Positions 29,790 to 39,496 of a DNA stretch of 64,000 nucleotides are shown here, piece after piece (positions within the stretch are counted from its first letter, which is position 1; each line of letters opens with the position of its first letter). The translations under genes and the position numbers were made by a program. The stretch is from NCBI GenBank assembly GCA_029775915.1, contig JARVKA010000005.1:7162-71161 (forward strand), given 5' to 3'. The notes below the pieces were generated by a model. The model saw nothing but the letters and a program-made list of their open reading frames with translations, made no database searches and had not been told where the DNA came from. The stretch is from Nitrososphaeria archaeon (GTDB taxonomy: Archaea > Thermoproteota > Nitrososphaeria > Nitrososphaerales > JANXEG01).

Positions 29790-31355
29790 TTAATACAATG
29801 GCGAATCTTGAATGTAACTCTTGCCCAATTTTAATGCAATTTCAGCTTTTTGAAGCTCAGAGCCTATGTATGCAGCATGATCGAGTAAAGAGATTAAACC
29901 ATTATTAATGATGCATTTGTATATACTCTCAGCATTTTTACCCTCAATAATTAAATTTGGTTTACTTGAATTGGAATGATTATAATGTGTGACGATAATC
30001 TTCTCCTCCTCTCTATCCACATATATTTTAAAGTATCCCTTTAAATCAGCCTTGTAATACTTTTGAGGTTCAGTAGCGGTAATTACTTTAACTTTATCTT
30101 TTAAGCTTGTATCAAATGGTGTATCTCTTAACTTTCTATCCCTCATTATAAGCAAATCTATACCTAAGCCTTTTGGTATACAATTTCTCTTTTTTGCAAT
30201 AAACATCATTTTTGATGCAATAGAGAGTTCACGAACATTTCCACGATTTTTATCGCTCACCTCTGTAGTAAGAATTACACTCACACCCAATTCGGTAGCT
30301 ATACCTGTCATAATCGCACTCACACCAACTGTATCAGCATCCATTAACTCAGTTACATTCCCTACACCCATGAATAAAGGCGTATTTGGATTTCTTCTTC
30401 TAAACTCATAATAAGCAACTATCGATTCAGTTATTCCAGGGCTAATTACTGGATCAAGAATGAGATCCGCCATAATTTTATTCAAGCCGAGTTCACGAGC
30501 CCTTTTTAAATTCTCCTCTAAAACTCTCACTCTTTCAGAAGCAAGTTTTGGAAAGTATTTTTCACGAAAGTTTGTAGGAATTACTACAAAAGCTGTTTTT
30601 GATGCGAATTTTGAAACTTCTTCCATATTTCCAGCATCTATACTTAATATCATATCCGCACCAATTGAGATTGCAACCTTAATCTCCTCAATATCCATTG
30701 TATCCACACTTATAGGCACATTTACCACTTTTCTCACACACTTTATTGCACGTATAACATCCATTGGGCGTGATTCATTAGCGATCATACCTAAATCTAC
30801 AATATCTGCACCACAATTCACATAATACAAAGCCTTTTTTTGAATCTCTTCATCTGATAATAATGGCGCATCAACAATCTCTGCCATAATTCGAATTGGG
30901 AAATCTTCACCAACAGCTAAATTACCAATCTCTAAATTCCCTTGCTTTTTAAGTAAAATATCGCGATTCTCCTCAACCTCTTTTAAAGATTCAAAAATTC
31001 TCTTTTGAAGCTCATTTTTTACTAAATCATCCGCAGGGGTAACCTTTGATAACTTTAATTTGTCCAATAAATTGAGAATTAATGGAAGATCTGCTGCATA
31101 ACGAGGACCTTTAAATGTTGGGATATGAGTAACTTCCTCAACTAATGAAACATCACCAAATACCAAGCCAGGTAAGAGAATTAAATTGAAATCCTTTAAT
31201 GTTTCTTTCTTTAACTCTCTCGCTATGTATTTTGGACTCATAAGTGATGCTACAGCCATTGGTAAGGAGATAACCTCTGCCTCCACATTACTCTCTCTGC
31301 AATACTTTTGAACGATATCTTTAGCTAATTGCCCAGTTACCAAAAGGACTTTCAT
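29790..31355 (-). CDS. Dihydropteroate synthase-like protein (MJ0107-type, C-terminal DUF4346-like region)
   Basis: LLVTG.LA, KGP.YAADLP, AEIVDAP, GADIVD.G, GNVTELMDAD, D.KG.F.I, HAAY.G.EL.KAE.AL......QD. Confidence 0.85.
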   Translation of the reverse strand: MKVLLVTGQLAKDIVQKYCRESNVEAEVISLPMAVASLMSPKYIARELKKETLKDFNLILLPGLVFGDVSLVEEVTHIPTFKGPRYAADLPLILNLLDKLKLSKVTPADDLVKNELQKRIFESLKEVEENRDILLKKQGNLEIGNLAVGEDFPIRIMAEIVDAPLLSDEEIQKKALYYVNCGADIVDLGMIANESRPMDVIRAIKCVRKVVNVPISVDTMDIEEIKVAISIGADMILSIDAGNMEEVSKFASKTAFVVIPTNFREKYFPKLASERVRVLEENLKRARELGLNKIMADLILDPVISPGITESIVAYYEFRRRNPNTPLFMGVGNVTELMDADTVGVSAIMTGIATELGVSVILTTEVSDKNRGNVRELSIASKMMFIAKKRNCIPKGLGIDLLIMRDRKLRDTPFDTSLKDKVKVITATEPQKYYKADLKGYFKIYVDREEEKIIVTHYNHSNSSKPNLIIEGKNAESIYKCIINNGLISLLDHAAYIGSELQKAEIALKLGKSYIQDSPLY

Positions 31356-31420
31356 AATCTACAATAATGTGATTAAAGCTAAATATTAGATGTTACGATA
31401 AATGCTTTTCATATAGTAAT

Positions 31421-32062
31421 TCAAATAACCATTTTAGAAGGTTCACAAAATGGATTATACCTTCGCCCTTGCCTAAGAGCGATGAGACTTGCAGATTTTC
31501 GATCCCTAACCCCTCTTTTACTCGCTTTAGATAATGAAGTTGTTCCTCGCTCATCAACCAACTCAATTATTGCAGAATCTTTTAAGCAATTGTAAAGGCG
31601 TTTTGCAATCTTATTTGCAAGAATCGGGTCGCCATTGCCAATTCTTATCTTTTTTTCCACAGCTGGATAACTATTTATTAACATCATCACTTTATCCACT
31701 AAATCATTTACATTTATTGTAACATCACTATCAACCTCTTTTTGTTGATAATATACAGCAAAACCGATTCTTTCACCAGGATCGATACCTATAATTAATG
31801 AGCCATTTTCTTCTCCATAAAGAGCTGAAAAAATCCTCCTCTTAGCGGTAATTAAATCATTTTCTAAACTTTCTATACATAAAACCTTATTATGTTGAAT
31901 TAAAGGGGCTTCCCTTTTTGTAGTTAAGACCAATTTAATTTGTTGATAAATTTTTTCATTTGGTGGAATATCAACATAAGGGATGTTAAGTTTTTTGAGT
32001 AAATTGGTTATCGTATAATATGCTTTACCATCAACTGTAACTACAGCTACCTCTTTATCCAA
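31421..32062 (-). CDS. Conserved archaeal protein with RNase H-like (YqgF/RuvC-like) C-terminal domain
   Basis: IIGIDPG..IG.AV, IRIGNG, ELVDERGTT, RD..SA..IA.R acidic pattern. Confidence 0.6.
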   Translation of the reverse strand: MDKEVAVVTVDGKAYYTITNLLKKLNIPYVDIPPNEKIYQQIKLVLTTKREAPLIQHNKVLCIESLENDLITAKRRIFSALYGEENGSLIIGIDPGERIGFAVYYQQKEVDSDVTINVNDLVDKVMMLINSYPAVEKKIRIGNGDPILANKIAKRLYNCLKDSAIIELVDERGTTSLSKASKRGVRDRKSASLIALRQGRRYNPFCEPSKMVI

Positions 32063-32154
32063 ATTCTTTATCTTACATCACCCAATATCCTTCAAAATTA
32101 TTAAGAGGGGTTACACTTTATTTACTTTTTCTTAAATATAAAAAATAGAGAAAA

Positions 32155-32832
32155 ATGCCTTCAAAATTTGATGAAGAGTTGGCTGAATTTTTAAATAAAG
32201 TGCAATCAATGGTGAATATAAGTTGGTTTGATACACCATATCTTTTGATGAAAGGTTGTATTAATGCTATTTTATGCAATGATCCCCATATTAGAACAAC
32301 ATTAACTCGTAATATTGTTTATAAAACTTTGGAGCGTGATGAATTAGTTGTATACATAGATTTAGATACAATGTTTACAATCAGCCTTGAATTTGAGAAG
32401 TTACAAGCTCAAAATTTGGATAATCTTGTAATTTCCAATCCCGATGATAGCAATATCGATTATATAATAGCTGAAGTATCTTCTTTAAACTTTCCCAACT
32501 TAGGTTTAGTAGTCTTCGACTCAATAAATACATTTTATCACATTTTTCCAAGTGATGTAAATTATGGTAAATTAAATCAAAAATTGGGCATATATTTATT
32601 CCTCTTAAAGAAATTGGCAATTAGATTAAATACTCGCATACTCATTTTAAGCTTATTAAGAGCGAAGAAGGTTTTAAATTCATGGATTTATAGCTACGCG
32701 GGTGGTAGAGTTTTGAATAAAATGGGTGATGTAATAATCACTTTATCGAAGATTAATAACCAAGTTGAGATAAAGTTATTAAAACATCCAAATAAGGGAT
32801 TGGAAGGTAAAGCCTTCTTTTTATCACTTTAA
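32155..32832 (+). CDS. RadB/RecA-superfamily-like protein with degenerate Walker A
   Basis: VVYIDLD, LVVFDSI (Walker B-like), GGRVL..MGDVII.L; P-loop position reads CNDPHIRT. Confidence 0.5.
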   Translation: MPSKFDEELAEFLNKVQSMVNISWFDTPYLLMKGCINAILCNDPHIRTTLTRNIVYKTLERDELVVYIDLDTMFTISLEFEKLQAQNLDNLVISNPDDSNIDYIIAEVSSLNFPNLGLVVFDSINTFYHIFPSDVNYGKLNQKLGIYLFLLKKLAIRLNTRILILSLLRAKKVLNSWIYSYAGGRVLNKMGDVIITLSKINNQVEIKLLKHPNKGLEGKAFFLSL

Positions 32833-33260
32833 AATCTCTTAATACCATATATAAATAGCTCTATAATAATCGCTAAAAATATCATAAAAAACCCCGTGAT
32901 TAAGTATAAGTTTGATATACGTTGCCTCACAATTTGCTTCCCGCTTTTATATAAAAGGTAAATACCAGATGTGCCAAAAATGATAGCAAATGAATTAATT
33001 ACAGTCTCACTTAAAGTTTGAAGGGATGGTGATGGTGCAATTATATAACCTGCTGGTAAACGAGAACCTTCCAAAATTGCATTCACTACACCACTTGCAA
33101 GAATGGCAATGAATAATAAATAAGCGATTTCTAAAGCTTTATTCAATTCGGATAATAATGAAAATTTAAAGAATCTTCTTGTAATTTTAATACTACTCAT
33201 CCTTTGCCAAAGTGATTTAAATAAACCCATCACTCTTCTTTTTAATGCCATGTGATTCAC
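32829..33260 (-). CDS. Three-TM membrane protein resembling OSTC/DC2 (OST3/OST6 family) oligosaccharyltransferase subunit
   Basis: GVVNAILE...QTLSE.VINSF..IFG..G..LL.KS...LITGF....AII...F...K pattern matches recalled DC2 sequence. Confidence 0.55.
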   Translation of the reverse strand: MNHMALKRRVMGLFKSLWQRMSSIKITRRFFKFSLLSELNKALEIAYLLFIAILASGVVNAILEGSRLPAGYIIAPSPSLQTLSETVINSFAIIFGTSGIYLLYKSGKQIVRQRISNLYLITGFFMIFLAIIIELFIYGIKRF

Positions 33261-33416
33261 TTCGATTACTATGTTAATTTAACGTTGAGAGAGCGAAATA
33301 TAAATCTTTTCTATTTAAGCCATTATATAAATGTGAAGAGAACTTCTCGTGATTTACTTGCATATATACAATACTCTGATAAATTTATATTCAAGCTCAA
33401 TTTATTATAAAGTTAA

Positions 33417-33587
33417 ATGGTATTTGAAATTGTTTGTAGCGCTTGTGGTGCAACTTTGTATTTAGGTACTGAATTGAAATCTGCAAAGGATATTCTTCGA
33501 GCTTCAAATGGTTGTTGTAAGAAATGTGGTAGAAAGCTCTCAACACAAGATTTCACATTAGATATTATAACGGTAGATAAAATGTAA
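33417..33587 (+). CDS. 56-aa Zn-ribbon protein (below ORF-track cutoff)
   Basis: MVFEIVCSACGATLYLGTELKSAKDILRASNGCCKKCGRKLSTQDFTLDIITVDKM; two CxxCG knuckles; TTTATA about 34 bp upstream. Confidence 0.8.
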   Translation: MVFEIVCSACGATLYLGTELKSAKDILRASNGCCKKCGRKLSTQDFTLDIITVDKM

Positions 33588-33664
33588 GTTTTTATATAAT
33601 TTGTCAAAGAAGCTTGATTATCCATTTTAAGATATTAACGATTAACAAAAATCCTTGATGATTT

Positions 33665-33922
33665 ATGGTTCTTATACTTACTGAGGATGATGCAGGAATT
33701 ATTCGAGTTGATCATCGTGAAGCTATAAAATTGGAGAAATATTTTGATATAGTTATAGATTATGTGAAAGAGCTGTATGCGAATTGTAATCGTATATTTG
33801 TATGCTTTCCAGATACACAAGCTGCAAATAAGTTTCGAAGGATTTATCGTGAGCGTGTAGGTGAACTTAGTGAACATGATTTTGGGAATGATGAAGAAGT
33901 TATATTAAAATTCTCTTTGTGA
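33665..33922 (+). CDS. Hypothetical protein
   Basis: 85-aa ORF, co-oriented with and tightly spaced to its neighbours. Confidence 0.6.
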   Translation: MVLILTEDDAGIIRVDHREAIKLEKYFDIVIDYVKELYANCNRIFVCFPDTQAANKFRRIYRERVGELSEHDFGNDEEVILKFSL

Positions 33923-33928
33923 ATAAGT

Positions 33929-34309
33929 ATGAGTGAAAGTGTGGAAGTGAATTTAATTAATAAACTTTTAAATGTGATTAATGAGATAAAATATGGTTTA
34001 GACCCTAATGTTTTAGCTGATTGGTATAGAATTATAGAAGCGGATGCAAAAGCTTTATGCCCCGAGGAGCTTCGTGAGAGTATTTGTGTAAAGCAAGACC
34101 CAATATTATGGATGAAGTTTGAGTTTAAAGCTTCTAAAAGAGCAGTTCCATATATTATTGAAGCAATTGAAAGAAATTTAAATTTAATGCCATTCGCCAC
34201 CAGACTTTATTTCCAAAAGTTAGAGGAGATAATTATTCAAGAAGTTTCCAAAGTTAATAATGAAGATAGTTCACCTTATTTTTCTTCCTATCACACTAAG
34301 CCCTCTTAA
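33929..34309 (+). CDS. Conserved hypothetical protein (thaumarchaeal-like)
   Basis: GL.P..L..WY..I..DA....P..L...I.VKQDP.L.MKF....SKRAV.Y...AIE.NL..MP.ATRLYF.K recalled from Nitrososphaeria hypotheticals. Confidence 0.65.
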   Translation: MSESVEVNLINKLLNVINEIKYGLDPNVLADWYRIIEADAKALCPEELRESICVKQDPILWMKFEFKASKRAVPYIIEAIERNLNLMPFATRLYFQKLEEIIIQEVSKVNNEDSSPYFSSYHTKPS

Positions 34310-35089
34310 ATAAATGCATCTTTTATAGTTAATTATAATTTCTTTTTTATTAATCGATCTATCAGTAAATGTTATGGGATTTTGTTGCAAATCTTTTAAT
34401 CTAACGATAACAATAGGTATGCTCTCATCAGCCTCACCCATTAGTAATTGAGCACCTGAACTAATATCATCAGCTAATGCTTGGCGGGTGACTTTTAAAA
34501 CATTTCCAAATAAATCTTTCTTACCTCTTAAATCACGAATAGGTTCAAATCCAGCAACACCAATCGCAACACCTATTGTACCAATTCTTGTGGGGAAAAG
34601 TCTGCTATCTGTGATAATCACACCAATCTTCTTTCCAGTCTTCTCAAAAATCCTCTTTCTTAATTCTTCAGCTTTTTCAAAAGGCTTAGATGGATGTAAA
34701 ATCACATAACCTTTATATATATTTGACTTATCTATTCCAGCATTCGGTGATAAAACACCATCCTTTAAAGTCAATACATAGCCTGGTACTCCACCAAACA
34801 CGACATCTGCCTCTTTAAGAATGAGCTCAGCAAGCCTTGAGCTTATATTCAATTTTTTTGCAAGCCTCTTAGCTTTTTCACTTGGATGAACACTACTTAA
34901 CTTAACAACCCTACCTTCAGCCATAGCAACAAATTTACTTGCGATTACAATAATATCATTATCTAAAAGAGATTCTCGATTCTTTTCAATCGCTTCTATA
35001 ATCTTTTGAACGAGATCGAATTTATCCCTTTGAGGCTCTACTTTAATTGGTATATATTCTAACTTACCAATTTTTGATTCTAATACCAT
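34271..35089 (-). CDS. cofE: Coenzyme F420-0:L-glutamate ligase (CofE family)
   Basis: VIASKFVAMAEGR, PNAGIDKSN, GVIITDS....R.G..GVAIG..G, D.RG..DLFG..L, MGEADE.IP. Confidence 0.88.
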   Translation of the reverse strand: MVLESKIGKLEYIPIKVEPQRDKFDLVQKIIEAIEKNRESLLDNDIIVIASKFVAMAEGRVVKLSSVHPSEKAKRLAKKLNISSRLAELILKEADVVFGGVPGYVLTLKDGVLSPNAGIDKSNIYKGYVILHPSKPFEKAEELRKRIFEKTGKKIGVIITDSRLFPTRIGTIGVAIGVAGFEPIRDLRGKKDLFGNVLKVTRQALADDISSGAQLLMGEADESIPIVIVRLKDLQQNPITFTDRSINKKEIIINYKRCIYLRGLSVIGRKIR

Positions 35090-35208
35090 CTTTTACGACC
35101 TTGAATAGTACAAAATTAAAGTTTTTAAAAATTATCTTAAAACCTTCTTAACCTCTTTTTTTAATATATCTTTTAGAAAGTGAAAAGAATTAAGATGACT
35201 TATGAATT

Positions 35209-35529
35209 TTACAATCTCTTTAATTTTACAGCAGTTCCATATGCAATAATTTCAGAAGCCCCAGCAGCTATCATAGTTGTTACATATCTAACACCAATTA
35301 CAGCATCAGCCCCCAGCTTCTCAGCTTTTTCAATCATTCTTTTACAAGCCTCGTTTCTCGCTTTATCCATAAGATCACTATAATAAGTTAATTCTCCTCC
35401 AATTATTCTTTTAAAAAACCCTCTAATGTGCTTACCTAAATGAACAGTTTTAACAGAACTTCCATCCACAAGCCCTATAATTCTCTCAATTTCGTATCCT
35501 GGGATAATTTCAGTGGTAGTGATAATCAT
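35209..35529 (-). CDS. YbjQ/UPF0145 family protein
   Basis: IITTTE.IPG, GGEL..Y, GADAVIGVR, EIIAYGTAVK. Confidence 0.92.
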   Translation of the reverse strand: MIITTTEIIPGYEIERIIGLVDGSSVKTVHLGKHIRGFFKRIIGGELTYYSDLMDKARNEACKRMIEKAEKLGADAVIGVRYVTTMIAAGASEIIAYGTAVKLKRL

Positions 35530-35751
35530 ATATCTTCATATCGATTTATTCTCATTAACTATATTAATTTTCTGATCGTTAACAATCTAATTAAACATTT
35601 TGATTTGTTATTCATTGTTAAATAATAAAAATTTCTCACGCTCACCCCCACTAAATAAGGGAGGATAATCCATTATCTTGATAATTTCATTCAACTCATT
35701 AGAAAAGCTTATTTAAAATGATTTAAGCTAAAAATTGAAGATTAGCATAGG

Positions 35752-36915
35752 TTGGGATTGATGACAAAATCAAAAACTCCCAAAATAACCCCTCTTTACT
35801 CTTATCATAAAGAACATGGTTACATAATCTCATTCGCCAATTATCTCTTACCATTGTGGTTTAAAGGTATTGTTGAAGAGCATTTAGCGGTAAGAAATTC
35901 TGCTGGTTTATTCGATGTGTCTCACATGGGTCGATTTATAATAAAGGGTAGAGAAGCGATTAACTTTTTAGATTACACACTACCAACAAATCTCAAAAAG
36001 ACTTATGATGGTAGATGCTTTTATTCAATTATGTGTAATGAGAAAGGTGGTATAATTGATGATTTGGTAACTATGAGAGTGAAAGATGATGAGTTTATTA
36101 TGGTGGTAAATGCTATTAATCGAGAGAAGGATTTTGAATGGCTCTCTAAAAACTCGATGAATTTTAGTGTAGATTTAATCGATATTACTGATGAATCTGC
36201 TTTAATCGCATTACAAGGCCCTTTAGCCCCAATGATTCTTCAAAAAATGGTTGATATTAATCTCTCTAATATAAAAAGGTATCATCATGCTTCAGCTAAG
36301 ATAAATGGTATTAATGTTCAAATATCGAGAACTGGTTATACTGGTGAAGATGGTTTTGAAATTTTAATATCAAGTTGCTCTATAAATGAATCAATGAAAG
36401 CTGAAAAAATTTGGGATATGATTCTCACCATTGGAAAAGATGTGAATCTTTTACCTTGTGGTTTAGGTGCGCGTGATACATTAAGGTTAGAGGCTGGCAT
36501 GGTACTTTATGGTCAAGATATTGATGAAAATACCACACCTTTAGAAGCGAAATTGGATTGGTTAATACCTATGGATAAAGTTAATGATTATGTGGGTAAG
36601 CGAGCTATTTTAGAGCAAATGAAAAAAGGTGTGGAAAAAGTAAGAATTGGTTTTGTAATGAAAGAAAAAGGAATACCACGAACTGGCTATGAAATTTTAA
36701 TTGATAATAAAGTAGTAGGTAAAGTAACGAGTGGGACTTTTTCACCAATCTTAAAGAAAGGTATTGGTATGGGATATATACCAAAAGATTTGGAGCAATT
36801 AGGTAAAGAGTTAAGCATATCTATTCGAGGAGTTTTAAGCAATGCAATTATTACCAAACCTCCATTTTATGATACGGAGAAGTATGGTTTAAATAGAAAA
36901 ATGAAATCGATATAA
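35752..36915 (+). CDS. gcvT: Glycine cleavage system aminomethyltransferase T
   Basis: EHLAVR..AGLFDVSHMG, GGIIDD, SRTGYTGEDGFE, GLGARDTLRLEAG, GKVTSGTFSP. Confidence 0.94.
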   Translation: MGLMTKSKTPKITPLYSYHKEHGYIISFANYLLPLWFKGIVEEHLAVRNSAGLFDVSHMGRFIIKGREAINFLDYTLPTNLKKTYDGRCFYSIMCNEKGGIIDDLVTMRVKDDEFIMVVNAINREKDFEWLSKNSMNFSVDLIDITDESALIALQGPLAPMILQKMVDINLSNIKRYHHASAKINGINVQISRTGYTGEDGFEILISSCSINESMKAEKIWDMILTIGKDVNLLPCGLGARDTLRLEAGMVLYGQDIDENTTPLEAKLDWLIPMDKVNDYVGKRAILEQMKKGVEKVRIGFVMKEKGIPRTGYEILIDNKVVGKVTSGTFSPILKKGIGMGYIPKDLEQLGKELSISIRGVLSNAIITKPPFYDTEKYGLNRKMKSI

Positions 36916-36932
36916 TTTTATGAAAATTTAAG

Positions 36933-37646
36933 TTATAAGGTTGCTAATAACTTTCCATAACCCTTTATTCGTTCTCTTACACCAAGCTCTTTAAGTGCTA
37001 GCCATAAAGATGCTGAGTTGCTAGATACTACTGGTTTATTTAAATCAATTTCAAGTTTTTCAAGAATATCAAAGGTTCGAAAGTTTGTACAACTTATAAA
37101 GATACCGTCAGCTTCTGGTGTGTAAACATCCTTTGCCAACTTATATGATACCCATGAAGGTTGCTTACCAATCTCTGTATTCTTTAAAATATTCAAACCT
37201 TTTATCTTCACAACTTTAAACCCACACTCCTCAAGAAATAATTTCTCCCTTTCATTAAGCTCATTTATGTATGGTGTTGCTACAGCTACACTCTTTATCG
37301 ATAACTCTTTTAAAGCCTCATTAACCGCAAAAGCGGTTGTTATCGTTTTTATACCAGTTCTCAACCTTATTTTTTCACTAAGCTCTTGCTCCCATTTAAC
37401 ACCTCCAATGAGTGAACCAGTTGTGCATCCATAAAGTATGATATTAACATCAGCGGTAGCGAGATCATCCGCAGCTTTAAGTGCATCATTGACCATTTCT
37501 TTAAGACTCTCAATTGTAGCTTCAATTAATCTCATTCTTGCAACATGTATAGAAATGCCATCAGGTACAACCTTCCACAACTCACTCTCCATTGTAGTAT
37601 TTGATGATGGTATTAACAATCCAATACGCCCACGCCAACCATACAA
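36933..37646 (-). CDS. Maleate cis-trans isomerase / Asp-Glu-hydantoin racemase family protein
   Basis: RIGLLIPSSNTTME, YGCTTGS, VATPY, ISCTNF, PVVSSN (two catalytic Cys); GGTGA SD before TTG. Confidence 0.88.
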   Translation of the reverse strand: MYGWRGRIGLLIPSSNTTMESELWKVVPDGISIHVARMRLIEATIESLKEMVNDALKAADDLATADVNIILYGCTTGSLIGGVKWEQELSEKIRLRTGIKTITTAFAVNEALKELSIKSVAVATPYINELNEREKLFLEECGFKVVKIKGLNILKNTEIGKQPSWVSYKLAKDVYTPEADGIFISCTNFRTFDILEKLEIDLNKPVVSSNSASLWLALKELGVRERIKGYGKLLATL

Positions 37647-37738
37647 ATTTCATCACCTTAAATTTCAAAAATTTCTCTTTAGAAATTCTTAATAAATCTT
37701 ATCTTTATAAATGGAATTATACGGAGAGGAAAAATGAA

Positions 37739-39496
37739 TTGATTGATAAAATCATCACAACAGATGTATTAATCATAGGTAGTGGAGGTGCTGGTGCTAG
37801 TGCTGCAATAAAAGCGAGCGAATGTACTGTGGATGTAACTATTGTAACTAAAGGTCGTATGGGCCATTGTGGTGCAACGGTAACTGGAGAAGCAGATTGT
37901 GATGTAGATGGTAAAAGCCTTTGTGATTTTGGATTACCTGCAGATCCAAGAGATAATCAAGAAATATTCTTTGAAGATATAGTAAAAGGAGGAAAGTTTC
38001 TAAGTAATCAAAAGCTCATTGAAATCCATGTAAAAGAAGCGCCAGATCGATTAAAGGAATTGATCGAATGGGGTGTAAGAATTGAAAGGGTGGTAAAAGC
38101 ATCAGGCCATACTTATAAGCGTGGCGCAATTATCCCCGGCAATACACTTATGCCAATTCTTAAAAGGGAGGTTGAAAAGCGAGGTGTGAATGTGATAGAG
38201 GATACGATGGTTACAAATCTTTTAACGAATGGAGGGAGGGTAGTTGGCGCTGTTGCTCTCGATATTCAAAATGGTGAATTTATAGTCTTTAAAGCTAAGG
38301 CTGTAATAATGGCTACGGGAGGTTGCATGGGAATTTATCCTTTTACTACAGCTCCAGAAGAATTAACTGGTGATGGTTATGCAATAGCATATCGTGCGGG
38401 TGTTGAGCTTATAGATATGGAATTCCCAATGTTTATACCTGGGGCTTTCGTATGGCCACCTGCATTAAAGGGTGTAATCGTTCCTTTCCTATTATCTGCT
38501 GCTGGAGAAGTGCATGGATGGTTACTTAATAAATTTGGTGAACGTTTCATGGAAAGATGGGCACCAAAGACTATGGAGCATAGCACTAGAGATATCGTAT
38601 CGGTTGCGATGATGATGGAGATTTTAGAGGGTAGAGGGTCGCCACATGGTGGCGTTTATGTATCGTTGAAGCACTTACCCGATAATTTAATAGAAGATAT
38701 TCCAAATTGGAGGCCTATGGTAAAGGATTGGAAGTATGGTGGATTCGATTTAAAAGAATTCTTCCCATTGGATAAGCTTAAGAAAGAGGCGATGGAAGCT
38801 GCTCCTTATTGCCATTTTACTAACGGTGGTATAAAGATTAATGAGAAATGTGAGACGAATTTATTAGGATTGTATGCAGCTGGTGAGGTTGCTGGTGGTA
38901 TTCATGGTAGTAATAGACTCTCTGGTAATGCTTTTACAGCGATGTTAGTTTGGGGCGCTAGAGCTGGTAAGTTCGCATCTGAATATGCGCTTAAAACCGA
39001 TTTTGGTGAAATCGATATTAATCAAGTTGAGGCTTTCAAAAATAAAATATTCAAAGTTTTTGAAAGAACTGAAGGTATTAAACCTATAGAGTTAAGAAAG
39101 CGAATACAAAAACTCGCTTGGGAGAATTGTGGAGTTATTAGGGATGAATCTGGGTTGAAATTTGCTATTAAAGAAATTGAGAGAATGAGAGATAATGAAT
39201 TACCTCGCCTTTATTTAACTGTAAAGACTAAAGTGTATAATAAAGAGTGGGTTGAGGCTTTACAAATTGATAATATGCTTTTAATACTCGAAATGATAGC
39301 ACGTGCAGCTTTGCTAAGAACTGAAAGTCGTGGTGCACATTATAGAAAAGATTATCCATACACTGATTACAAAAATTGGAGTAAAAATATCGTTATAAGA
39401 GAATTAAATGGTAAAATGGATTTGTATACTCAACCTGTGATTGTAACAAAATTAAAGCCTCCAGAAAAAATTCTTCCATATGGGATGGTAGAGTAA
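37739..39496 (+). CDS. SdhA/FrdA/NadB-family FAD oxidoreductase, non-canonical (probable TTG start 37739)
   Basis: DVLIIGSGGAG, ATGG, TGDG, TRDIVS, HFTNGGI, GEVAGG.HG.NRL.GN, R.ESRGAH.R.DYP; lacks the covalent-FAD His and the QFHPT His. Confidence 0.85.
   Translation: MIDKIITTDVLIIGSGGAGASAAIKASECTVDVTIVTKGRMGHCGATVTGEADCDVDGKSLCDFGLPADPRDNQEIFFEDIVKGGKFLSNQKLIEIHVKEAPDRLKELIEWGVRIERVVKASGHTYKRGAIIPGNTLMPILKREVEKRGVNVIEDTMVTNLLTNGGRVVGAVALDIQNGEFIVFKAKAVIMATGGCMGIYPFTTAPEELTGDGYAIAYRAGVELIDMEFPMFIPGAFVWPPALKGVIVPFLLSAAGEVHGWLLNKFGERFMERWAPKTMEHSTRDIVSVAMMMEILEGRGSPHGGVYVSLKHLPDNLIEDIPNWRPMVKDWKYGGFDLKEFFPLDKLKKEAMEAAPYCHFTNGGIKINEKCETNLLGLYAAGEVAGGIHGSNRLSGNAFTAMLVWGARAGKFASEYALKTDFGEIDINQVEAFKNKIFKVFERTEGIKPIELRKRIQKLAWENCGVIRDESGLKFAIKEIERMRDNELPRLYLTVKTKVYNKEWVEALQIDNMLLILEMIARAALLRTESRGAHYRKDYPYTDYKNWSKNIVIRELNGKMDLYTQPVIVTKLKPPEKILPYGMVE

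Noticed and set aside
29790-35089. DHPS-like and CofE genes as evidence of methanogenesis
   Set aside because: Both occur widely in non-methanogenic archaea; no mcr or mtr genes here.
35530-35751. Glycine riboswitch upstream of gcvT
   Set aside because: Only a short weak hairpin; no recognisable aptamer core.
37601-37738. N-terminal extension of the flavoprotein, or a frameshift at the out-of-frame ATG 37734
   Set aside because: The extension overlaps the divergent isomerase start; in-frame TTG 37739 with GAGGA upstream explains the gene without recoding.
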